The notes: generated by a model from the sequence alone, not told the origin. Counted from the first letter of the stretch, positions 1-10,433 are shown. The stretch: 64,000 nucleotides of DNA from Candidatus Latescibacterota bacterium (GCA_965203805.1 OZ241917.1:1024001-1088000), one strand, 5' to 3'. Translations and numbers: made by a program.

Positions 1-572
1 ATGCCCCACTCGGGGAACCCCCAGTGGCCGAATATCCACGCATAGTCCAGGACGACGTTCAGCCCGGTCGCAAGTAAATTCACCCACATGACCGTCCGGG
101 TGTCCCCCCGCCCGCTGAAAAACGAGGAGATCGCAACCCCGGTGATCCCCGGCCCCATGAAACACAGAATTCTGAAATACTCCGCCTCGAGCGCGCGTAT
201 CCGCGGCTCATGCCCCGCCCATTCGAAGAAATGAGCGGAAAATGGCATGAGACACAAAATAAGCACCCCAGAGGCAAGACCGACATATATCCCCTGCCAC
301 ACCGCCGGGCCGATCCTGTCACGCCGGTCCGCCCCCCAGTATTGGGCGACGAATGTATTCACGTAGGCGACCGTACCGATGAAAAGGCTCGAGAAGGTGA
401 AGTGCAGCATGCCCGCCGGCAGACTGGCCGCCAGTACGTCCCGGCTGTACCAGCTCAGGAATACCCGATCCACGAAGATCTGCAGGCTCCACGATCCCGT
501 GCTCAAAATGAGCGGCGCCGCCATTCGCAGCACATCCCTGTAGCCGCCCGGTTCATGCCAACGGGAGATCAT
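1..572 (-). CDS. MATE family efflux transporter (5' part; runs off the window start)
   Basis: Not in the ORF track; read manually. ATG at 572 with GAGG upstream. MISRWHEPGGYRDVLRMAAPLILS...FVDRVFLS...FVAQYWGA...FFSGRGDTRTVMWVNLLATGLNVVLDYAWIFGHWGFPEWG matches the NorM/MATE pattern. Confidence 0.9.
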   Translation of the reverse strand, partial: MISRWHEPGGYRDVLRMAAPLILSTGSWSLQIFVDRVFLSWYSRDVLAASLPAGMLHFTFSSLFIGTVAYVNTFVAQYWGADRRDRIGPAVWQGIYVGLASGVLILCLMPFSAHFFEWAGHEPRIRALEAEYFRILCFMGPGITGVAISSFFSGRGDTRTVMWVNLLATGLNVVLDYAWIFGHWGFPEWG

Positions 573-808
573 GGAAACCTCATCGGGCCCGGACCCGGGC
601 ATGGTCGTCAACCCCAATACGCCACCGGAAAAACAGGATGCGCCGCGCCGAAGAAGTGAAAACACATCGATGGACGGCGATATGGGAGGACGGTGCGGGC
701 GGTTGCGACATCTGAGCGATTTTTCTCTTGTCGGGCATTGGCGCCGTTGGTAGATTCGCTGACCTGAACGGGCCGGCGAACGCACAAACTCACCTCCGGG
801 GCCATGAC

Positions 809-2200
809 ATGATTTTCGACGTCGTCATTATAGGTGGAGGCAGCGCGGGCTACGCCGCCGCTCGCGTTGCCGCGGACAACGGCGCCAGCGTCGCCATTGT
901 CGACAAGGGGCCGCTCGGCGGCCTTTGCATCCTGCGCGGCTGCATGCCCTCCAAGACGCTGCTCCGAAGTTCGGATCTTTTATCTCTGATGAAACGGGCC
1001 GGAGAATTCGGCCTGAACGCCCGCGAGATCACGCCGGACCTGGCCGCCATCAACGACCGAAAACGCAGGCTGGTTGACGAATTCGCAGAATACAGGATTG
1101 CGCAGCTCAACAGCCCGGAATTCACACTCATACAGGGTCGGGCGCGGTTCGAATCGCCGAACACCGTTCGCGTTGGAACGGCGAGGGTCCGCGGACGGCG
1201 TTTCGTTATTGCCGTGGGTTCCGCTGTCAGCAGAGTCCCGGTTCCCGGTCTGGACGAAGCCGGCTGTCTCACAAGCGACGACGTCCTGGAACTTCGGGAA
1301 CTACCCGAATCCGTCATCGTGCTTGGAGGGGGCGCCGTCGCAACCGAACTTGGCCAGTTCCTGTGCCGGATGGGGGCCCGGACCACGCTGATACAGAGAA
1401 ACAGCCAGTTGATCAGCGCCTGCGATCCGGACATGGTCCGCCCCGTGGAGACCCGCTTCAGAGAAGAAGGCATGCAGGTATTCACGGGCACCTCTCTCCA
1501 GCGTATCGCCAGAACAGGTGACCGTATCGCTGTACACTTCCTTCACCGCGGGGAGCCGCGTACAGCCTCGGCCGCGGTCGTCGTCAATGCGTTGGGACGC
1601 ACGCCGGACCTCGCCGGTCTGGCGCTGGAACGCGCGGGCGTTGACGTCGCGAACGGACGAATCGTCGCCAGCGATTTCATGCAGACCAGCGCGGATCACG
1701 TCTTCGCCGCCGGCGACTGCGTGGGTCCTTACGAAATCGTACATATCGCCGTGTTGCAGGGCGAGATCTGTGGTCACAATGCCGTGGCGGAAGTGCCTGA
1801 CAAGAGGATCGAGTATCGCCTGCGAACGTCGGTTGTCTTCACCGATCCGCAGGTGGCCTCGGTCGGTCCGACCGAAAGAGAATGCCGGAACGCGGGCATT
1901 GCCTTTCTGTCGGCAGAATATCCGTTCAGCGATCATGGCAAATCGCTGGTGATGGGAGAAACGCACGGCGCCGTAAAGATCCTGTGCCATCCGGAAAGCG
2001 GCGAACTTATCGCCGGTCATATCACAGGCCCGGAGGCTTCCGAGCTCATCCATGAGCTCACCGCGGTAATCTACTACCGGGGCACTGTCTTCGATCTCCT
2101 CGAAATCCCACACTACCATCCTACGCTCGCCGAGATCATCACCTACCCCGCCGAAGAACTCGCCGGCATCCTGACCCGCCAGCCTGACCGTCACCCTTGA
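809..2200 (+). CDS. Class I pyridine nucleotide-disulfide oxidoreductase (dihydrolipoyl dehydrogenase/MerA/RclA-like)
   Basis: IIGGGSAG FAD motif, redox pair GGLCILRGCMPSK, second GGGAVATE, FAAGD, C-terminal HPTLAE. No C-terminal CC pair of MerA. Start set at ATG 809. Confidence 0.88.
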   Translation: MIFDVVIIGGGSAGYAAARVAADNGASVAIVDKGPLGGLCILRGCMPSKTLLRSSDLLSLMKRAGEFGLNAREITPDLAAINDRKRRLVDEFAEYRIAQLNSPEFTLIQGRARFESPNTVRVGTARVRGRRFVIAVGSAVSRVPVPGLDEAGCLTSDDVLELRELPESVIVLGGGAVATELGQFLCRMGARTTLIQRNSQLISACDPDMVRPVETRFREEGMQVFTGTSLQRIARTGDRIAVHFLHRGEPRTASAAVVVNALGRTPDLAGLALERAGVDVANGRIVASDFMQTSADHVFAAGDCVGPYEIVHIAVLQGEICGHNAVAEVPDKRIEYRLRTSVVFTDPQVASVGPTERECRNAGIAFLSAEYPFSDHGKSLVMGETHGAVKILCHPESGELIAGHITGPEASELIHELTAVIYYRGTVFDLLEIPHYHPTLAEIITYPAEELAGILTRQPDRHP

Positions 2201-3555
2201 CCGGCACGGACGTGCCCCGGTTCGTTCAGGCGGTGCACGAAGAAAACGGTCAGCGGCACGAACGCCAGGGCGATCCAGAACATGGGCCGATACGAAATCC
2301 ACGCCACGAGCAAACCGGCCAGCACCGGCAGAAACCCCTGAGGCAATGCAAACATGTTCAGAAAACTGGTATACGTGGGACGACGGTTTTCCGGCGCGAG
2401 TTCCAGCACATAAGCCATACGACCGTTAAACAACGCGCTGCTGGCGAACCCTGACAACACAAACGTCAGAGAAAAAAACACGACTTGCGGATTCAACGAC
2501 CACGCAACGCCCCAACTCGCCAGAGGCGCGACGTCGATCGACGGCACGTGCCTGGCCAGCAGGGGCACGGCGGCGGACAGCGCCATCAGATAGGACCCGT
2601 ACACCAGCAACGCGCGGTTGCCGCTTTGATGCCCTACGCGCGCCCAGAGCGCATTCGAGAGCACGGTGCTGATCTGCATGACCGAAACAAATACGCCGAC
2701 ATAGACCAGCCCCAGGCCCAGATCGGTTATCGCGTAGGGAACATAGAATGGCGCGCCCATCATCATAAAGGACCACAGGACCTGCATCCCGCACAACCTG
2801 CGGTAATTGACGTCGTTTCTGAGCAGCCTTATCCCGCTGTTCAGATAGTTGGAGAGCGGCTGCCGGAGATACCGCACCGGGCCAACCGGTTCCCGAATTC
2901 TGCTGAAGACGAAGACCGAGAGCGCGTTTCCGAGACCCGCCAGCAGAAACAGCGCCGCATAGTTCGAAGGAAACGAAATCCCGGTCTGCTCGCTGAGCAC
3001 GTACGAAATCAGTCCCCCCGCCGCCATGGCCGTGATGCCCCCGAAAAGCCGACGTACGGCGAACAGACGCGACCGGTCGCCGGGCGGGACGACTTTCGCG
3101 ACGATATCCATCCAGGGGACATTCCAAATGCCCATCATGGATGTGGATATCGCATATAGGACCATGAAACAGCAAAGAATATAAAAGGGCTGACGACCTC
3201 CCGTCAGGTACGTCAGCCCTGCAATCACCAGCCAGACGGAACTGCGCATCCCGCCAGCCAGAAGCAGAAAGGGCATCTTGCGTTTTCTGACTTCGATAAT
3301 CCGGGAAATGAACACCTGAGGCCACGCCCACCCGATCCGCATCAGGGCCCCGGTTAGTCCGATGGCGACGCTCGAGGATGTCAGCGACTGCACGAAAGCC
3401 GGAAGCACCATATCCGAACTGGCGAGTGCCATTGACATGAAAACCAGGCCGCCGTTCAGAATCAGTAGCCGGCTGTTCCGGCGCACCTCCGCGGGGTCCG
3501 TTTCCTCGGACTCGGCCGCCGCCCGCCTCCAGTGCGCAGATGAGAATTCTCTCAT
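2191..3555 (-). CDS. MFS transporter
   Basis: 454 aa with about 12 hydrophobic segments in two halves; loop motifs such as KVVPPGDRSRLF and ELAPENRRPTY. Confidence 0.82.
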   Translation of the reverse strand: MREFSSAHWRRAAAESEETDPAEVRRNSRLLILNGGLVFMSMALASSDMVLPAFVQSLTSSSVAIGLTGALMRIGWAWPQVFISRIIEVRKRKMPFLLLAGGMRSSVWLVIAGLTYLTGGRQPFYILCCFMVLYAISTSMMGIWNVPWMDIVAKVVPPGDRSRLFAVRRLFGGITAMAAGGLISYVLSEQTGISFPSNYAALFLLAGLGNALSVFVFSRIREPVGPVRYLRQPLSNYLNSGIRLLRNDVNYRRLCGMQVLWSFMMMGAPFYVPYAITDLGLGLVYVGVFVSVMQISTVLSNALWARVGHQSGNRALLVYGSYLMALSAAVPLLARHVPSIDVAPLASWGVAWSLNPQVVFFSLTFVLSGFASSALFNGRMAYVLELAPENRRPTYTSFLNMFALPQGFLPVLAGLLVAWISYRPMFWIALAFVPLTVFFVHRLNEPGHVRAGQG

Positions 3556-3643
3556 TCCGGTTGCTTCCGTTCCTCAGGCTCCCCGGGAGCCGGGCAGGTC
3601 CCCCTCTCCTGTAATGACTCGCGGCGGCGCGCCGCGGGACGTC

Positions 3644-5272
3644 TTATATTCCAATCGCATAGCCGTCCCGTCTTGGGTCCGCGCCCCCCATCAGTGCGCC
3701 GCTTTCCGGGTCTACGGCAATTCCCTGCGCCCCGCCGGTTACGTGCGAATACGCGCCGACAACGTCAATCCGATGTCCGCGGCGAATCAGGCCGGCCCGG
3801 ATTTCTTCAGGTACGCGGGACTCCATATATACGCGGGTACCGGCGTGTTGAAAGCGGAACCTGGGAGCCTCGATCGCCGCCTGAATGTTCATTCCGTAGT
3901 CCAGGAGATTGGTCGTAAACTGCGTGGTCGTCTGTTGAATTCCCCAGCTTCCCGGCGTACCGAGTGCCGCCACGAGCCTGCTGTCTTTGAATACCTGACA
4001 TGGCGAAAGACACATATCGATTTTCTTATGCGGCTCGATGCAATTGGGGCTGCCTGGCACCGTGTCCGCCCATTTGATGAAGTTGTTCAGGAACATCCCC
4101 GTGTTTCCGATTATTTCCCCGGACCCGAACCCGGATCCCAGACTCTGCGTTACCGCCACCGCGTTTCCCGATGCGTCCGCAACGTCGAAGTGGGTCGTAC
4201 ATTCGTTAAGCCAGTCGCCGGGCTGTCCCGGAGCAATTTCACCGGGAAGACCGACGGCCGCGAAATATTCACCACGGTTTACCATGGCCCGTTCGCCGAC
4301 AAGCCCCCTGCGTTCATTCGCATATTCCTTTGAAAGCAGTCCGTCCGCAGGCGCTTCCGGCGCCGCCGCGAAAGCCACTCGGTCGGCATTGCCCAGCTTC
4401 AGGATCTCGATAAAGAGATGGAGCGCCTCCTCCGAATGATGGCCTAAATCCTTCAGATCGTAGCCCTCCAGCATATTCAACGCCTGCAGGATGTGAAATC
4501 CTGCGCTTGGCAGCGGCGGGCAGAACACCCGGAATCCGCGGTAGGGCGTTGAAATGGCGTCCTCCCATGCAACCTCGAAATCCGCGAGGTCTCTCGCGGA
4601 GAGTAGACCGCCCCCGCCCTGCACGTATCCGGTAATTTCCGATCCGAGATCTCCGCTGTAGAACGCCTCCGCGCCGCCTTCCACCACCCTCCTCAGTGTG
4701 CGGGCGAGGTCGCCCTGGATCAGAATATCCCCTGCACGAGGCGCTCGTCCACGGCTCAGTATCACCTCGGCGCCCGTAGGCCGCATTCGGGGCACGGCGT
4801 CGTGAATGAATCCGGCATTCTTGACCGTCGCCGCGAATCCGTTTTCCGCCAGTTCGATTGCCGGGCCGAATACGGTCGCCCGGTCCATCGTACCGTATTT
4901 TTCAAGAAGCTCGAGCCAGCCTCCACAGGCGCCCGGAACCAGGCAGGACATGACGCCGCCTTCCTGAAAATCCGGTGACGCGAAGGCCTCGGAGGTGGCG
5001 TCGTGAGGGGTGCGCCCGCAATAATCCAGGACGCGCACGCGGTCTTCCGCGGCGGAATAAATGAGCGCGTATCCAACCCCTGCGATACCCGACATATAGG
5101 GTTCGACGACATTCAGCGCCGCCGCGACAGCAACCGCGGCGTCGAATGCATTGCCATGTTCAAGGAGCATGCGAATCCCGGCCAGGCTTGCCAGGGGATG
5201 TGCGCTGGCAACCATTCCCCGGGTGCCCGTCACCGTGGACCGATGTACCGTTCCGGCGGATGCAAAAGCCAT
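3644..5272 (-). CDS. ggt: Gamma-glutamyltransferase family protein (Ntn hydrolase)
   Basis: GMVASAHPLAS, GNAFDAAVA, EPYMSGIAG, autocleavage site CTTHFDVAD, GTPGS, GGADPRRDG. No signal peptide. Confidence 0.92.
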   Translation of the reverse strand: MAFASAGTVHRSTVTGTRGMVASAHPLASLAGIRMLLEHGNAFDAAVAVAAALNVVEPYMSGIAGVGYALIYSAAEDRVRVLDYCGRTPHDATSEAFASPDFQEGGVMSCLVPGACGGWLELLEKYGTMDRATVFGPAIELAENGFAATVKNAGFIHDAVPRMRPTGAEVILSRGRAPRAGDILIQGDLARTLRRVVEGGAEAFYSGDLGSEITGYVQGGGGLLSARDLADFEVAWEDAISTPYRGFRVFCPPLPSAGFHILQALNMLEGYDLKDLGHHSEEALHLFIEILKLGNADRVAFAAAPEAPADGLLSKEYANERRGLVGERAMVNRGEYFAAVGLPGEIAPGQPGDWLNECTTHFDVADASGNAVAVTQSLGSGFGSGEIIGNTGMFLNNFIKWADTVPGSPNCIEPHKKIDMCLSPCQVFKDSRLVAALGTPGSWGIQQTTTQFTTNLLDYGMNIQAAIEAPRFRFQHAGTRVYMESRVPEEIRAGLIRRGHRIDVVGAYSHVTGGAQGIAVDPESGALMGGADPRRDGYAIGI

Positions 5273-5613
5273 GGATTCAGTTCCTTAACCAGAATGCCCC
5301 CGGCTCGGGATCAGCGGGGGGCCTGTGGCACCGTTGCCGTTGTCATGCGCGAAAGGACGTCCGCGGTGGAATTCATCTCCCGGCGACCCGCTTTGATTCC
5401 GAACCCGCGTCAGGGTCAGGGATCAAGTGCTTCCTCAACTCCCGTTTATGCGGAAGATAGGCTATGGCGGGTGGCAAGTCAATGCCCGTTTCCCTCGCTC
5501 GTTTGCGCTCGTCAGCCACGTTTCTGCTTGACAACGCAGGTCGATCATGGCTTTTTATACGACTCCCGAACGACCGCTACTGGCAGCGTTTCACATTGCC
5601 GGACAGACCCGCC

Positions 5614-6642
5614 ATGAATCGAGAATTTCCCATAATACCGACCAGCGTGATCGGAAGCTACGCGCTGCCAGGCTGGTTCTGGACAGCCGTGGACCATATC
5701 GAAAAGGGCGAGTACGGCCCTACCGACGCTCGAGAGACGTACGAAGACGCCACGCACCTCGCCGTGCTGGATCAGAAGAGAGCGGGCGTGGACCTGATTT
5801 CTGACGGCGAGATGCGGCGCTGGTTTTTTATCCAGAACTTTTACCGCCGGTTCAGCGGCCTTGCGTCACGACCCACGTTACGACGCACGGGCGTTTACGG
5901 ATACGACAGCGTCCCGCGCTGGTGGCCGGAAGAACGCATCAGCGTGCCCGATGGTCTTGGAATTGTCGAGGAGTTTCAATTCGCCAGGTCGGTTACCGAT
6001 CATCCGTTAAAGGCCACCTGCCCGGGACCGTTGACGCTTACCATACACATCCAGTTGAAAGACGACCACATTTACAAAGACCGGATCGAACTCGCGTACG
6101 AGTTCGCGGGCGTGGTAAACCGTGAATTGAAGCGGCTCGCCGCGGCCGGGGCGGAATTCATCCAGCTGGACGAACCCTCTTTTTCCATTGTGCCCGGAGA
6201 CGCCGGCAGCTGGATCGACCTGTTCAACGAGACCGTAAAGGGCGTTGACGCGAAGATCGGACTGCACATCTGTTTCGGTAACCTCGGCAGCCGCCCGAGG
6301 GGCAAACGCCGGTACGACTGGTTGATGGACGACATCCTGCGGGCCGATGCGCAACAGATTTCGCTGGAATTCGCCAATCGCGAACTCGCGGAACTGGAAC
6401 TCTGCGGGGAAATCGCTAAGGAGAAAGAGGTCGCCGCGGGCCTGGTCGACGTGAAGTCATTTTACGTTGAAACCCCCGACGACGTCGCTGAGCGGGTGCG
6501 CATGACGCTTCAGCACGTCCCGCCGGAGAAACTCACCGTCACACCCGATTGCGGTTTCTTCCAACTGCCCAGATGGCTGGCCTTTCAAAAACTCCGGAAT
6601 ATGGTCAAGGGCGTGGAGATTGTCCGCGGGGAATTGACGTGA
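5614..6642 (+). CDS. Cobalamin-independent methionine synthase catalytic-domain-only protein (core MetE-like Zn thiol methyltransferase)
   Basis: TSVIGSY, ISDGEMRR, IQLDEP, Zn ligands HICFGN, LEFA and PDCG. About 342 aa, lacking the N-terminal MetE barrel. Confidence 0.85.
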   Translation: MNREFPIIPTSVIGSYALPGWFWTAVDHIEKGEYGPTDARETYEDATHLAVLDQKRAGVDLISDGEMRRWFFIQNFYRRFSGLASRPTLRRTGVYGYDSVPRWWPEERISVPDGLGIVEEFQFARSVTDHPLKATCPGPLTLTIHIQLKDDHIYKDRIELAYEFAGVVNRELKRLAAAGAEFIQLDEPSFSIVPGDAGSWIDLFNETVKGVDAKIGLHICFGNLGSRPRGKRRYDWLMDDILRADAQQISLEFANRELAELELCGEIAKEKEVAAGLVDVKSFYVETPDDVAERVRMTLQHVPPEKLTVTPDCGFFQLPRWLAFQKLRNMVKGVEIVRGELT

Positions 6643-6742
6643 CAGGCATTCCGGACGGAATACAACGGCTCCTTCGGTGGTCAACGTCCAGCCGTTTTCT
6701 GAAATACTCATTCCGACGCGTGAACGCGTAGAGGAACCCAAT

Positions 6743-7867
6743 ATGGATGTCGTAGAGATTACGGCCGACCTGGTTTCATACAACTCAGCCAGCCAGAACA
6801 GCAATACACCGGTGTCCGAGGCAATTGCCGGATGGCTGCACAAGGCCGGAATGTCGGTCGAGCGCGTCGATTACACGGACCGGGACGGCACGCCCAAGAC
6901 GAACGTTGTTGGGAAGAAAGGCAAGGGTCAGGGAGGCCTCGCCCTTCTCGCCCATTCAGACGTGGTTCCCGCCGAAGGATGGGATTCCGATCCGTTCAAG
7001 CTCAGGGACATACAGGGCCGACTCTACGGACGAGGCAGTGCCGATATGAAGGGGTCCGTCGCCTGTATGATCGGAGCTGCGAACGCCTTCACCGAGCAGG
7101 AGCTCAAGCTGCCGGTCTACGTGATTGTCACCGCCGACGAAGAAACCGACTGCGGCGGCGCCAGGGCCGTCGCGCTGAGATCGAAAACGCTTAAATCGTC
7201 CAAAGTCAGGTATGGAATCGTTGGCGAGCCAACGCTCCTGGACGTGGTATACGCTCACAAAGGCTCGCTCAAATTCGAAGCCACGGCAAAGGGAAAAGCG
7301 GCTCACAGCAGCACCGGCAAAGGGCTGAACGCCAACCATATTCTCATCCCGTTCCTGAACGACGTCGTCACGCTCGAGGAATCGCTGCGTACCGACCCGC
7401 GATATCGGAACGAGGCGTTCGATCCACCTCACGGGACATTGAATGTCGTCTTCTCGGATGGGGATACAGCGGCGAATGTCACGGCGCCGGTCAGCCGCGC
7501 AACCATCAACTGCCGACCTATGCCTGGCCAGAACTGGAAGCCCGTTATCGATCGCGTGACGAGGATGGCTGAGAAACACGGCGTCCAGATCAAGCTGCCC
7601 AAGACCCTGGATCCGCTCAGCACCCGGTTGGATTCTCCCATTGTGCGTGAGGCGCTGCAAATCACCGGAAAGAGAAAACCCAGGACCGTCGCATACGGAA
7701 CCGACGGCATGGTATTCGGCAAGACGATGGAACTGGTGGTCATGGGGCCAGGCAGCATCCAGCAGGCACACACCGTGGATGAGTGGATCGCCAGGGATCA
7801 ACTTCAAAAAGGTCTGGACGCATTTACGAAAATGGTACATCGTTTCTGCATCGAAGACCCCGTCTAG
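6743..7867 (+). CDS. M20 family peptidase, acetylornithine deacetylase (ArgE)-like
   Basis: AHSDVVP, LYGRGSADMKG, ADEE, IVGEPT, GKAAHSS, GTDG, GPGSIQQAHTVDEW. Confidence 0.88.
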   Translation: MDVVEITADLVSYNSASQNSNTPVSEAIAGWLHKAGMSVERVDYTDRDGTPKTNVVGKKGKGQGGLALLAHSDVVPAEGWDSDPFKLRDIQGRLYGRGSADMKGSVACMIGAANAFTEQELKLPVYVIVTADEETDCGGARAVALRSKTLKSSKVRYGIVGEPTLLDVVYAHKGSLKFEATAKGKAAHSSTGKGLNANHILIPFLNDVVTLEESLRTDPRYRNEAFDPPHGTLNVVFSDGDTAANVTAPVSRATINCRPMPGQNWKPVIDRVTRMAEKHGVQIKLPKTLDPLSTRLDSPIVREALQITGKRKPRTVAYGTDGMVFGKTMELVVMGPGSIQQAHTVDEWIARDQLQKGLDAFTKMVHRFCIEDPV

Positions 7868-8243
7868 CGTTAGCCTCAATTTGAAAAAAGAAAACCGGAA
7901 ATTGGCCACAAAAGGCACAAAAAGTATCCGTGCAAAGCGGCGTGTGCGGTAACGCGGTGACCCTGCAGTTATTTCCTCACCGGGCCGAAAAAGGTCGTCC
8001 GGAAGGACATTTTTTCCGTTCACGTCCAGTGACCTGAAGGATCATAGAAATCAGCAGTTAAATCGCCTTTATTCACTTGCACATTTTCGAATTAACGTCC
8101 CCGAATAATGACGAATCAAGGTTAATTGCTGCACTGTGGAAGACCGGGAACGACACATATCGCCGGTCTGTCAGGCAGGCAGGTTTCGGTCTTTACGTCG
8201 AAACGGAGACCGTTTCTCTCGACCGAGGCGAGGAGGACATTGG

Positions 8244-8804
8244 ATGTTCAAGACCCTGACCCGCGCTCTGCTCATCGGATCGTCAATGACCCTGACCTTC
8301 GGTTGCGCGGACGAGAATCTGTACCAGTTCGGATTGCGAGGCAAGTGGCAACTGGAATCGCGGCAGCTACCGGACGGGACAGTACTCGCGCCGCCCTCCG
8401 TGGGCGGCCACTACGAATGGTATCCTACGGGTAAGACGACGGCACACGTCACCGCATCTATCTCGCTCGGCCAGGACCGGATTCTGGTTTCAGGATATAC
8501 GTACGGGTTTCAATCGGAAGACCTGGTGGCACAATCCTTTACGCGCCGGGAATACCTGAACATCGGCGGCGGGTACGGTACGTCGCACGGGAAGACACAT
8601 GGATCGTCGGACGTTTCGACGGCCGGCCAGGTCGTCACGAACGGCAGCCGCGTTACCCTTGAACTCGCGAAGGGTCCGGCGCAGGTTTACGAGGACATCA
8701 GCGCCGAGGGATTCGATAGCGTCTTCTTTACAGTCAGGTTCGAAGACGGAACGACCGACACATGGCGACGCTTCGCGGACCAGCCGGGCGTTCTGCCGAA
8801 GTGA
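8244..8804 (+). CDS. Hypothetical lipoprotein, possibly lipocalin-like beta-barrel
   Basis: GAGGAGG RBS before ATG 8244; signal peptide ending TFGC (lipobox-like); LRGKWQL GxW motif; beta-rich. Confidence 0.6.
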   Translation: MFKTLTRALLIGSSMTLTFGCADENLYQFGLRGKWQLESRQLPDGTVLAPPSVGGHYEWYPTGKTTAHVTASISLGQDRILVSGYTYGFQSEDLVAQSFTRREYLNIGGGYGTSHGKTHGSSDVSTAGQVVTNGSRVTLELAKGPAQVYEDISAEGFDSVFFTVRFEDGTTDTWRRFADQPGVLPK

Positions 8805-8833
8805 TTCCGCCACATAGCCGGACCGACCAGACA

Positions 8834-8877
8834 CTTCAGGGGCGCGGTGACTTTTTCCGCGCCCCTGAGGCTTTATT
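8834..8877 (+). terminator. Probable intrinsic terminator after the lipoprotein gene
   Basis: 12-bp perfect stem TCAGGGGCGCGG (8836-8847) / CCGCGCCCCTGA (8857-8868), followed by GGCTTTATTC. Confidence 0.6.
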
Positions 8878-8891
8878 CAGACGAGGCTTGG

Positions 8892-10433
8892 ATGGACGGG
8901 ATGTTGCTTGGAAATATCCTCCTTAAAAACGCTCGCGACCCCGGACTGAGCCGAAAGACGGCCATCATCTTCGGCAACAGCGCGCTGACGTACCGCGAAC
9001 TGAACGAGGAGAGCAATCGCGTTGCCAACGGCCTATTGGACCGCGGCGTACGAAAAGGCGATCGAATCGGTATGCTAAGCAGGAACTCCGAGGTCTACGT
9101 AGCGGTGTACTTCGCACTGGCCAAGCTTGGCGCCATTATGGTCCCTGTCAATTTCTGGTATCGCAGCCGGGAAATCCGGTATACGCTTCGTCAGTCCGGC
9201 GCCCGAGGCCTGATCTATCAGAACCGCTTCTCGGACGTCGTGGCAGGGGTCGGGGACCTGACCGGACTGGAATGGACGCTCACCATCGGCGACAGCCGCG
9301 GCAATCGACTGGAGGACGTGGCGGCCGGATCCCCGTCCCACGAGCCCGGAGTCGAGCTCGACGAGAACGATCCGCATATCATTCTCTACACGAGTGGCAC
9401 GACGGGGTTTCCCAAAGGCGCGGTTTTCTCGCACAAGAGCCATTACCTTCAGGCCCTCTCTCTCGCCATGTCGACGGGAGGCAACGGTGACGACGTCGGC
9501 CTCGTCGTCTACCCGCTCTTCCACACCGGCGGACCGGACTGCCTGGTGCTGCCCCATTTCCTGTCAGGCGCTACCCTCGTCATTCTGGACGGCGCGGATC
9601 CCGACGCCATTCTTTCGGCCACCGCGTTGCACGGGGCAACCAACATTTTCTGCGTACCGACGGTCTGGCGCTGGATCCTTGCACACCAGCAGCGTCGAAA
9701 CTTCGACCTCACTTCGGTCCGGCGCTGTCTGGGGTCGTCGGATACATTCCCGATGGCGCTGCTCGAAGATATTATGGCCACGTTCGAGTCCGACGTCTAC
9801 GTTACGTACGGGCTTACCGAAGCAGGCTGCATCCTGACGGTCTGCCGCCTGACGGCAGACGACCTCGGCAAACTCGGTTCGGTGGGCCGACCCATGCCCT
9901 CGGTCGAACTCAACGTTCTGGATTCATCCGGCGGTCCGGTAACTCCAGGGGAAGTGGGGGAGGTTGTTGCGAAGACGGCGTCTGCAATGCTTGAATACTG
10001 GAACATGCCGGCAAAAACAGCGGAGGCGCTGAGAGACGGCTGGCTGCACACCGGAGACATGGGCAGAGTAGACAACGACGGCTTTCTCTACCTGTCCGGC
10101 CGGGCGAAGGATCTGATCATCAGCGGAGGGGAGAATATCTACCCACTGGAAATCGAACGCCTGTTGAGAGAACATCCGCAAATCCGCGATGCCGCCGTGG
10201 TTGGAATCCCGGACAGGGAGTGGGGCGAGTCCGTGCTGGCGGCGGTCGTGCCGAGTGATGGCGCACGACTCTCACCCGGCGAGGTCGCCGGGTACGTTGG
10301 CGAACACCTGGCGGGATTCAAGAAACCCAGATGGGTGGAAATCCTGGGCGAACTCCCGGTAACGACTGCGACGGGGAAAGTGCAGAAAGTCGTATTGAGA
10401 GAACGGTTTCAACGGAAGTACGGCACGGCGTGA
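8892..10433 (+). CDS. Acyl-CoA synthetase / AMP-binding enzyme (long-chain fatty acid-CoA ligase-like)
   Basis: YTSGTTGFPKG, YGLTE, GWLHTGD, GRAKDLIISGGENIYP, TGKVQK. Confidence 0.92.
   Translation: MDGMLLGNILLKNARDPGLSRKTAIIFGNSALTYRELNEESNRVANGLLDRGVRKGDRIGMLSRNSEVYVAVYFALAKLGAIMVPVNFWYRSREIRYTLRQSGARGLIYQNRFSDVVAGVGDLTGLEWTLTIGDSRGNRLEDVAAGSPSHEPGVELDENDPHIILYTSGTTGFPKGAVFSHKSHYLQALSLAMSTGGNGDDVGLVVYPLFHTGGPDCLVLPHFLSGATLVILDGADPDAILSATALHGATNIFCVPTVWRWILAHQQRRNFDLTSVRRCLGSSDTFPMALLEDIMATFESDVYVTYGLTEAGCILTVCRLTADDLGKLGSVGRPMPSVELNVLDSSGGPVTPGEVGEVVAKTASAMLEYWNMPAKTAEALRDGWLHTGDMGRVDNDGFLYLSGRAKDLIISGGENIYPLEIERLLREHPQIRDAAVVGIPDREWGESVLAAVVPSDGARLSPGEVAGYVGEHLAGFKKPRWVEILGELPVTTATGKVQKVVLRERFQRKYGTA

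Noticed and set aside
809-2200. Mercuric reductase MerA
   Set aside because: No NmerA domain, no C-terminal Cys-Cys and no mer operon genes.
5273-5613. Possible SAM or TPP riboswitch between ggt and the MetE-like gene (GGCAAC-GGTGCCA on the minus strand near 5326-5338)
   Set aside because: The motif halves have no intervening stem, P1/P2 elements are missing and it faces away from the methionine gene. An Rfam/Infernal scan would be needed to revive it.
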